From contig JAQTTB010000003.1 in the NCBI GenBank assembly GCA_028710985.1, positions 1 through 33,075 of the forward strand: a stretch of 33,075 bases of DNA, given 5' to 3'. This DNA comes from Patescibacteria group bacterium. Lineage in GTDB: Bacteria; Patescibacteriota; Patescibacteriia; JAHJFT01. Both the position numbers and the translations under genes were made by a program. The notes beneath the pieces were generated by a model. It did not search any database and was not told the origin of the DNA. It saw only the letters and a program-made list of their open reading frames with translations. Of the stretch, positions 6,077-13,797 are shown piece after piece; positions within the stretch are counted from its first letter, which is position 1, and the number at the start of each line of letters is the position of its first letter.

Positions 6077-8127
6077 TTTCTAATTCTCCCTATATTGGCA
6101 CGCCCAAATTTTATCACGGTCGTTCCCTGCTGGCCTTCGCCCCAGACAAGGGTATCTGCATAAACATTCCAATCGACATTCATGGTCAGTGTCGTATCGG
6201 CCACGCCATTGGCGTCGGTATCGAAATATAAAGTAAAGGGCTTGAATCCCGTAGAGTCTCCCTCGGCGTCATAAGCATCGACCAGATAATAATACGATAC
6301 CACCCCGGAAGCAATGCCATCCGACCCGGTCGTATCGACCAAAACGGTATCGTTGTAATTATTCATCACGGTCAGGATAACGCCAGACAAATCAGCCCCA
6401 GTGCCCGAATGCACGAGCAAGTCCAGCGTTCGCTGGATAGTCAGGTCGCAGGTATCGCAAGCGGTCGTTTTTAAATCGCCGCGATAATAATAAGTTACCG
6501 CCGTAGGGGAGGCATCGTTATAAGTCCCGGTATCATTATAGTAAATATCCCGCGCCCATTGCATATCGGCGACGGAGCCGGGAAACCCGCCTTCACTCGT
6601 GCCGCCTTCCGCGCCCCAGTTGAAGGTGCCTTTTTGCGCCGTGGATATCCAGTCGTTATATAAATAAAGCGTGTCCTCCCGGATTATCATGCCGCCCGAT
6701 CCGCCGTCGTACTGGCCGAAATCGTAAGCCCATGTGCCTTGAATAAAAAAGACGTTTCCGATATGCAGGTGGGAACTATCATTAAGATAATCATCCCACT
6801 TCCAACCGGCAATCTCCCAATCCTCGGTCGCCGTCGGCGTGATGACTTGAGTCGAGCAGGTATTGTGCCGGGTGTGCAAAGAATCCCCGGTGATAAAATA
6901 ACTATGGTATTGCATACAACCGCATTCGCCTTTTTCACTATAACCCGTGCCATAATTGCCTGCCGCCACGACATCAAATTTCATGGTGATAATATTGTCA
7001 TGGAAATAAACGCCCCGACAATGCTCCCGCCATTTTGCCGCCGTGACATATCCGGTCGTATTTAAAGGATAGACCAATCCCTCATGGCAAATAATTCGAT
7101 TGTTGGATACTTCCATCGGGTCGGAGAAGGAAGCATTTATATGCTCAAAAAGTAAAGCCCTGCCGCCGTTATAGGTTTCGCCGGAATTGATATAGCATTC
7201 CTTGATATAAGAATCCGATCCCCACGAGCGCGCGATAATTCCGTAGGCATTAACCGTCCCGGCATACTGGCACTTATCAATATTGTCAAAGATAGCCATA
7301 CAACTATCGGCGAACTCGTTCCGGGTATCCATTATAATTGTATCCCGATAATGCTGAACGGAAAGCGATTCCGTAGCGGAACTACCGTAAGAACAAGTCG
7401 TCCGGCAGGCGGTATGACAATGAGATTCATAATGATTATATTCACTGTAAATATGATATTCGCCCGCCGAGAGGTTGGCCGTAATCAAACCCTGCGACAT
7501 CAAGCAACCAACAAGGAAATCCTGCCTATCCTCAAGGGCGTAAGCATCATTTATGAAAGTGCAATGGCGAACCGTAACCATCTTGGCCCCGCCGATACTG
7601 AAACACATGGATTGAAAATATCCGCCGGTCACGCGGATGGTCATGGAATCGAGAGTAACGTTGTAGATATTTACTGACGAACCTATCCCGTAAGTGCGAT
7701 TGGTATCAGCCCGTGAAAATTCGGTTTCCTCCCCGGTGATATTATCGGGTAAGTGCCATAATATCCCGCCGATGAATTTGATATCATGGGCGGTCTGCAT
7801 TATGCGAACCCCGGCGAAACAGGCAGGTGTTCCATACGCGCCGTAGGCTACGGAATTGAAAGCATCGGTGGCGAAATATATCGTATCATCATCGGCATTC
7901 TTGGCAATGCCGTCGGCCCCGCGTAAATCCAAGACCCAATGATGTGTCCCGGTGAGGAACGTCAAACCCGTGCCCTGACAGGTGATGTTCCCGGTAACGG
8001 TGATAGTATCCCATAGATCGGCGCTGTGCAGGGATTGCGACACGGCATAATTACAGGTTGACCATGTTAATTGGCCCGCCACGGCACTACCCGCACAAAG
8101 AAGTAATATGAGTAGTCGCTTAATCAA
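6073..8127 (-). CDS. signal-peptide-bearing, Cys-rich right-handed beta-helix-like protein (candidate depolymerase/tailspike)
   Basis: N-terminus is MIKRLLILLLCAGSAVAGQ. TTG start overlaps the upstream stop (TTGA). Periodic short hydrophobic, Gly/Asn/Thr-rich repeats are typical of pectate-lyase folds. The C-terminal segment VILTVMNNYNDTVLVDTTGSDGIASG looks like a beta-sandwich. Confidence 0.6.
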   Translation of the reverse strand: MIKRLLILLLCAGSAVAGQLTWSTCNYAVSQSLHSADLWDTITVTGNITCQGTGLTFLTGTHHWVLDLRGADGIAKNADDDTIYFATDAFNSVAYGAYGTPACFAGVRIMQTAHDIKFIGGILWHLPDNITGEETEFSRADTNRTYGIGSSVNIYNVTLDSMTIRVTGGYFQSMCFSIGGAKMVTVRHCTFINDAYALEDRQDFLVGCLMSQGLITANLSAGEYHIYSEYNHYESHCHTACRTTCSYGSSATESLSVQHYRDTIIMDTRNEFADSCMAIFDNIDKCQYAGTVNAYGIIARSWGSDSYIKECYINSGETYNGGRALLFEHINASFSDPMEVSNNRIICHEGLVYPLNTTGYVTAAKWREHCRGVYFHDNIITMKFDVVAAGNYGTGYSEKGECGCMQYHSYFITGDSLHTRHNTCSTQVITPTATEDWEIAGWKWDDYLNDSSHLHIGNVFFIQGTWAYDFGQYDGGSGGMIIREDTLYLYNDWISTAQKGTFNWGAEGGTSEGGFPGSVADMQWARDIYYNDTGTYNDASPTAVTYYYRGDLKTTACDTCDLTIQRTLDLLVHSGTGADLSGVILTVMNNYNDTVLVDTTGSDGIASGVVSYYYLVDAYDAEGDSTGFKPFTLYFDTDANGVADTTLTMNVDWNVYADTLVWGEGQQGTTVIKFGRANIGRIRK

Positions 8128-8897
8128 TGGATTCGCCCTCCGTGCAGACGACCGGCGTGTAATCTATTCCTGCCTTGCGGCCAATAATGGGCATAGACAA
8201 CAAAGACGGGTCTATTCCCTGCCGTCGCATTATCCTCCGAGGCACAATTAAGACTATAAGCCGTGCAGTTGATTAATACCCCGGCATCAATCAAAAGTCC
8301 CTGATTGGAATCGGCAGGGTATCGCGTCCATCTTTGAACTACTGAAGTATCAAGCCAGAACTTTTTGGTGGTATAGGCCGCCGAAACTCCCGTAATGGCA
8401 TAACCCGTAGGATGATGGGTATCATCAATACCATCAACCCTATCGGCAATATTAATGGCTCCCGCCTGTGTCCAACTAACTCCGGTTTTCGATTCGTCCC
8501 AATCTATCTCGGCCGCAACGGTGCTTTTCAAAACCCGATTGACCGCAAAGTTACAACTATCATCCGAACCCGCCGTTCCGTTCGTCCGCCATGTTAATTG
8601 CAAATAAGCCGAATCGAAAATATAGTTCGTCCAAATACCATTGGAAATCATGCCGGAATCGAGTAATGTATCAATTCCCAAACATCTAACCCAAAGAGTG
8701 CGGTCATTGGCTTCCTCGGAAGAAATCATAGTATCGAGGGTATTGGAATGAGCCGCAGAATCCGCCCCCTGCTTTATAAATCCGTCCTCTAACAAGGTCG
8801 TGGTCGTAATCGTCCATGATGTATCTCTGGGTGTTACGGCAAAAGCGATTGCCGCCATCGTGACCAAACCGATGATTATATTCCTGATTATAATCAT
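8124..8897 (-). CDS. N-terminally anchored protein, possibly a DNRLRE/carbohydrate-binding-like domain
   Basis: ATG at 8897 overlaps the stop of the giant gene (ATGA at 8894..8897). N-terminus is MIIIRNIIIGLVTMAAIAFAV. The IDWDESKTGVSWTQAG motif resembles the W-x-E-x(n)-TW signature of DNRLRE domains; this is tentative. Confidence 0.55.
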   Translation of the reverse strand: MIIIRNIIIGLVTMAAIAFAVTPRDTSWTITTTTLLEDGFIKQGADSAAHSNTLDTMISSEEANDRTLWVRCLGIDTLLDSGMISNGIWTNYIFDSAYLQLTWRTNGTAGSDDSCNFAVNRVLKSTVAAEIDWDESKTGVSWTQAGAINIADRVDGIDDTHHPTGYAITGVSAAYTTKKFWLDTSVVQRWTRYPADSNQGLLIDAGVLINCTAYSLNCASEDNATAGNRPVFVVYAHYWPQGRNRLHAGRLHGGRIH

Positions 8898-11800
8898 TCG
8901 AGTTTCCTCACGAAAACCATCACCTCGGCTATCTTGACATATAAGGTCTGACATACTTTTGTCATTAGAGTCGCCACTATTTGATGGGATGCATCATACT
9001 TCGGTTCGGGAACATTGGTTCCCGCCGAGGGAGCAATTTCAGTTTCGGATGTATCCGAATACCGTGCCTTCCTTGTCCAGACCGACGTATCCGAACTAAC
9101 GTATATAGTATCGTCAAAAGCCACTGATGGCGTATCCGCTATCCCCGCATTGCCCGCAAACTTTTCCACCATTAGTTGTCGGCGGGTGATACCACAATAA
9201 GTTGTGCTGGTGGCATTCCCCCCACCACCCGTCTTGAATATCACTATCAGGGATTCGACGATGCAATTATAAGGGGCCAACGTTGAGAAGGATAAAGTAT
9301 CATATCTTAAGCCGGTGCCGGTCGAAGAATCATTAACAGCGAAATATCCGCCCTTACCTAACCAAGTTATACCGCCGCGTTTCTGCCCCGGTAAAGTAGC
9401 GTCAATAGAATCTTTACCGTCAACGTAACCATGCACCCTATCAAGTCGGAGATATTCATATTCCGAAACGGTATCGGCGTATTCTTTTTCCTCAAAATAT
9501 AAGTTATGATTATAGATATGGTAAACGCCATTGGAAGATAGACCGCTTGTCATCATCTTATAATGGAATCCGTTAGCATCAAAGGCAGGAATACCTGATG
9601 TCCGATATATGGTCGTTAAATGTCCGGTGCCCGGATATAAATAAGGCAGGGAATCACACTCAAAATGCACGCCGTCATAAGACTTACAGAAGTAATTCCC
9701 CTGATGTCCCACGGTATCACTGCCTACAATCGAATCCGATAAGGCCCCGCCGGGTTTACCCGCCGTTATGAATAAATGTATCTCGTCGAAAACTCTCTGG
9801 GCATTAATATGCCAGGGTGCCATCGTCGAGGGGAAACCATTCAGAACGCAGGTATCCCATGTTCCGAAATAAGCGGGCGTCCCTCTGGGCACGTAGAATA
9901 TCCCGTCGGTCGTATCCGACCATGACCCGAATAGACTATCATTCACGAGTCTTTGAATACAATAGGACGACCCAGTATCAAGGACGGTGTATATCCAGTA
10001 TTTATTATTCGGTGCAGAGATAATCGACGGCGATATGGGAGACGCCGCCGAACCCACTCTAAAATAAGTAAAGAGCCGATAGAAATCTTCATTCTTGTCG
10101 GCCACGCCGTCGTCATAAAACAAAAGACCCTTATTCGCTCTGACGGCCACAAAGGTTGCGGCATCGGTATCATTCACCGCCAAGGGCCGCTTTAAGTCAT
10201 TCTGCGATTCAATAGTAATTACCACCAAACGTCCGTCGGTATCGAAGAACAAATCGGGGTCGGCATCACCCTCGCAATTAGAAGTCGTATCCCATAATGA
10301 ATCTTTGAATCCTACGGAATCGGATGTAAATAATGGGAAATTCCAGAATATAGTATCGCCGTTCTGGTCGATAAACCACGGCAATTCCCAGTTGGCCGTA
10401 TCGTGCGAAACAAGTAAGGTCGTCCATTCCTGACTGAATCCCTGCACGGAATCGGTATAACTATAAGCCATAAGATAATTCCACGAGGGGGATGAAGTGA
10501 TGATATGCTTGCGTTTGTTGGCCGTGAACTGCCATTTTTCCGCCCCGCTATGACCCGTTACCGCGCCGAAATATACCTGCACACCTTTGTTTATAGTAAG
10601 AGCCGAAGCCTCCAAAACGCAGTTAAGAGTATCCGCCCAACTGCCCGATTCCCAACTGGTATCGTTTGCCCGCCACCTGAAGGTTTCGGGATTGGCGGCT
10701 TCATCGACTATTTCGACGTAATAAGTATCGGCATGGTTGAAACTTTCGGAATAGGTTCCTTTGGTGTGTAAATCGTTTTGATCCGTGCCCTGCGTATAGG
10801 CTTCGCGGTATATGGGGTTGCCTATGAAATCGGCCATTGCACTATCGCCGACGGGATAATCAATACCCCACGGGACAAAGTGCCAATCAGGATGTATCCC
10901 GCCGCGTTCCATCGAATCAGCCAAAGCGGAATCACTTCCGTCCATAGACAGAAATCGCAGGGGTTCGATATTGCCTAATTGTAACATATCGTTAGCACCG
11001 GGTGTGATGGCCGTAGCCGCATTGGATTGAAAGTCGGTAAGTAAATCGACTTGCGCCATGCGTCCCGTAATCCTGAAATCACCCTGCAAGAGAACGTTCC
11101 GGGTCAGGGCTACGTCATTAGAATCGACATAAGCGGTCGTGGCCAATGCGGAATCTGATTTAGTCGAATCCGATTTATAGGGACTGGTGATAACGGCTTT
11201 GTCTGCCAATAAGGTTGCCGCCCGCGCGCTCTTGACCGCCCGCAGGGAATCAGTCAATCGAATATATGACCCGGTATCGGGTCGGGTCGAACGCAGTTGA
11301 TTGGCGGTATCACTCTTGAGTAGATAGGCGTCTAATGAATCCTCCAGTTCGCCCTCGGATGCCTTCGCGGTATCAATCATTAGGGTATCATAAGCCAATT
11401 TAAAATGGGTTGTATCATCCGTTACTTTTCCAAGCCGGGTAAGGCTGGCAAGGAAAGCCGCTGTATCAGCCATCAGGGAATCATGTATTCTGATTTTGGC
11501 AAAATATTCAGTAGCATAAGCGGAATCGGCACTCGCCGAAGTCCCCCGATAGGCATCGTCAAAGACGACATTACTGGCGGTAGAGTCGATATCATTTTTA
11601 TCAATCGTCTGATCCTGAATTTCGCCGGCGGCCCCACCGTCAACCGCACCGGCGGCAATCTGGGCGTCGGCAACCGTCCCACCGAGTTCGGAAAAATTAT
11701 CATGGGCGGCATCGGTTTCGGTTACGTTCAATACCCCGGAAGTGACGGATAATCCCGTGCCGGTAAAATCAGCGATAGAATCGGTATTGATTTTTACAAA

Positions 11801-13228
11801 GCCGAGATTGCCTCCGCCGGTCGTGGTAATATTCTGGTTATAAAGATAAAGACTGTCCGTTAGATAAAACCGGGATTCGCTCTGCCGATAACGAAGATAA
11901 GCGCCATTGGCAATACTTTTGAAAAAATATAGATACCCATCGTCATCAACATTATCTACGTTTAGATTAATTCCCTGCTTTACTTTCAGGGTCGTGGCCG
12001 TGTCCTCAAGGTCAAGACGGTTATTCAAGGCCGCCAGGATTTTTGTGCCGGTCGTGTCAAGATTGGCACCGACGGCCATTGCCACGGGATCGGTCTCGGT
12101 GATTTCGTTGGCCGCCCAAGGATTGGCCGTATTGACCAAATTTTCGGCGATAGTTCCGTCAGCGATATCCGTCAAGGTGGCTTCCAGCGGTTGATAGGCA
12201 CTGCTATGATTATGGTTGCCCGCCGCAACTTGTGCCGCGCCTGTCCCGATATCCCCGTCTGAACTCAAGTCATCGTAAGCGTCGAGGATATATCCGGTAT
12301 GGGTATGGCCCAAAAGAGAATATGTCCCGTCGTGATTATGATTACCGGCGGCTACTTGGTCGGCCCCGGTGCCTATTTTAGATTCGGCCGTCAAGTCGGC
12401 AAAGGATGAATAACGGTCGGTCGAAATCGTCCCACTACTGATATCCGCGCCCGCGTGCGCGTGCGAAATCGTGGCATAGACTAAATCATGGTTATGGGTT
12501 GTCGCGGAAAAATAGGTGGCGATTGTATGCCCCGCACCATCGGCGGTAGCGGCATCGGCCAGTTTAACATATAATTTATCATCGGGATCGACGGCCAATG
12601 TCGTGGTATCGAAATATCCTGCCGCCGCATAAGCCATGAAAGTGGACAAACTGAACGACCCGGCACCGGCGGCATACCGGCCCGTCAGGTCTATCATGGA
12701 ATCCATTCGCACCCAATTAACAAAAACCGTTTCGGCAGAATCGGGCGATACGAATTTCATTTTGCCCAGAGCCAGTAAGGAATCGAACTCCGCTAAACCG
12801 GGCGCACCGAATTCCAGTTGACCGAGGTTGTTCACGCAGGCGACGATATGGGTATCAAGGTAAATGCAGGAATCAATAAACTTCACACGAAAGGCCGAAC
12901 CCGCAATATTGAATTGGAAATCACCGGCAGTCGGATTATAATAATAGCCATAGGCCGTCAGGGAATCTTGTGAAAATATCCCCGTCCCGCCTTCGCCGGT
13001 CAAATCCGGTGCCCAATAGAAGGTATCCGATGCGGCCTCATATTTGATAGTATAGCCATCGGAAGGCGCGCCGATAGGTATCCTTCGCCCGCGCAGGGAA
13101 ACAGCCGTGCCCGGCTTGAAAAGCACTTCGCCGAAGGTTTCATGCCAGAGGACAAAAAATAAGATGAATAATAAAAATATCCCCACGCCATTGGCGGCTA
13201 TTCGATTCCAATCTTTTCGTTTCGGCAT
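8894..13228 (-). CDS. giant tail-fibre-like protein (about 1444 aa) with an N-terminal membrane-anchor-like helix and HxH fibre repeats
   Basis: ORF-track frame is 8894..13240. The ATG at 13228 has GAGGA 5 nt upstream. N-terminus is MPKRKDWNRIAANGVGIFLLFILFFVLW. HxH motifs include TTHNHD, SHAHAG, AAGNHNHDGTYSLLGHTHTGY and AAGNHNHSSAY. Confidence 0.75.
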   Translation of the reverse strand: MPKRKDWNRIAANGVGIFLLFILFFVLWHETFGEVLFKPGTAVSLRGRRIPIGAPSDGYTIKYEAASDTFYWAPDLTGEGGTGIFSQDSLTAYGYYYNPTAGDFQFNIAGSAFRVKFIDSCIYLDTHIVACVNNLGQLEFGAPGLAEFDSLLALGKMKFVSPDSAETVFVNWVRMDSMIDLTGRYAAGAGSFSLSTFMAYAAAGYFDTTTLAVDPDDKLYVKLADAATADGAGHTIATYFSATTHNHDLVYATISHAHAGADISSGTISTDRYSSFADLTAESKIGTGADQVAAGNHNHDGTYSLLGHTHTGYILDAYDDLSSDGDIGTGAAQVAAGNHNHSSAYQPLEATLTDIADGTIAENLVNTANPWAANEITETDPVAMAVGANLDTTGTKILAALNNRLDLEDTATTLKVKQGINLNVDNVDDDGYLYFFKSIANGAYLRYRQSESRFYLTDSLYLYNQNITTTGGGNLGFVKINTDSIADFTGTGLSVTSGVLNVTETDAAHDNFSELGGTVADAQIAAGAVDGGAAGEIQDQTIDKNDIDSTASNVVFDDAYRGTSASADSAYATEYFAKIRIHDSLMADTAAFLASLTRLGKVTDDTTHFKLAYDTLMIDTAKASEGELEDSLDAYLLKSDTANQLRSTRPDTGSYIRLTDSLRAVKSARAATLLADKAVITSPYKSDSTKSDSALATTAYVDSNDVALTRNVLLQGDFRITGRMAQVDLLTDFQSNAATAITPGANDMLQLGNIEPLRFLSMDGSDSALADSMERGGIHPDWHFVPWGIDYPVGDSAMADFIGNPIYREAYTQGTDQNDLHTKGTYSESFNHADTYYVEIVDEAANPETFRWRANDTSWESGSWADTLNCVLEASALTINKGVQVYFGAVTGHSGAEKWQFTANKRKHIITSSPSWNYLMAYSYTDSVQGFSQEWTTLLVSHDTANWELPWFIDQNGDTIFWNFPLFTSDSVGFKDSLWDTTSNCEGDADPDLFFDTDGRLVVITIESQNDLKRPLAVNDTDAATFVAVRANKGLLFYDDGVADKNEDFYRLFTYFRVGSAASPISPSIISAPNNKYWIYTVLDTGSSYCIQRLVNDSLFGSWSDTTDGIFYVPRGTPAYFGTWDTCVLNGFPSTMAPWHINAQRVFDEIHLFITAGKPGGALSDSIVGSDTVGHQGNYFCKSYDGVHFECDSLPYLYPGTGHLTTIYRTSGIPAFDANGFHYKMMTSGLSSNGVYHIYNHNLYFEEKEYADTVSEYEYLRLDRVHGYVDGKDSIDATLPGQKRGGITWLGKGGYFAVNDSSTGTGLRYDTLSFSTLAPYNCIVESLIVIFKTGGGGNATSTTYCGITRRQLMVEKFAGNAGIADTPSVAFDDTIYVSSDTSVWTRKARYSDTSETEIAPSAGTNVPEPKYDASHQIVATLMTKVCQTLYVKIAEVMVFVRKLE

Positions 13229-13240
13229 ATTATTCCTCAT

Positions 13241-13492
13241 CTATTTTTCACCATCATGGCTATAAGGACACTTGGTGTTTTTTATTTGACTTCTGATTTC
13301 ATCCAATTTTTTATTTATATCATCCATCTGGGTCAAAGCCCGCTTCTCCACCCGGTCGATATTTTCCTTCAAGGATTTAATCTCGAAATCGTGAACGGAG
13401 GATTTAACCTTGACAACGGCCCATTGCACTATAACAAAAGCGGCAAAGGCTCCGACAATGGCAATCGTTTGTGTCCAAGTTCCCGCTTCCAT
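13241..13492 (-). CDS. small bitopic protein: N-terminal TM helix, coiled coil, C-terminal Cys
   Basis: ATG at 13492 preceded by GAGGTGAT. TM helix is TQTIAIVGAFAAFVIVQWAVV, followed by heptad-like KSLKENIDRVEKRALTQMDDINKKLDEIRSQIKN and then KCPYSHDGEK. Confidence 0.6.
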   Translation of the reverse strand: MEAGTWTQTIAIVGAFAAFVIVQWAVVKVKSSVHDFEIKSLKENIDRVEKRALTQMDDINKKLDEIRSQIKNTKCPYSHDGEK

Positions 13493-13499
13493 AATCACC

Positions 13500-13751
13500 T
13501 CATACCACGTATTTGGTGATAATGGGAATTATAATGGCAATTATTGCGATGCCGCCTAACATATAAGCCCGCCACTGTTCCAAGTGATGAATCCTTCCGT
13601 TTTGTTCGTCTAAATGCTTCACTATCTCATCGGTATTCTTCTTGATCGTATCGACGGTTTCGAATAAACGTCCCATGTCGATTGGATTCAAACCTAATGC
13701 GCACTTGGTTTCTTCGGGCATAATATTTCCCTTTGGGGTTTCATCGTTCAT
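13500..13751 (-). CDS. small tail-anchored coiled-coil membrane protein
   Basis: Lies in ORF-track frame 13500..13775. The start is uncertain: ATG at 13751, or ATG at 13721 which has the better AAAGGGAA SD. The C-terminal helix is MLGGIAIIAIIIPIITKYVV. Confidence 0.55.
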   Translation of the reverse strand: MNDETPKGNIMPEETKCALGLNPIDMGRLFETVDTIKKNTDEIVKHLDEQNGRIHHLEQWRAYMLGGIAIIAIIIPIITKYVV

Positions 13752-13797
13752 GATATATACTCGTTTCCTTACCAAGTGCTCGTTTGGTAATTTATTT

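Noticed and set aside
4532-13240. A diversity-generating retroelement targeting the fibre genes.
   Set aside because: No reverse-transcriptase ORF occurs anywhere in the window, and I noticed no template/variable repeat pair with adenine-specific differences at the 3' ends of the fibre genes. I could not do an exhaustive repeat search by eye.
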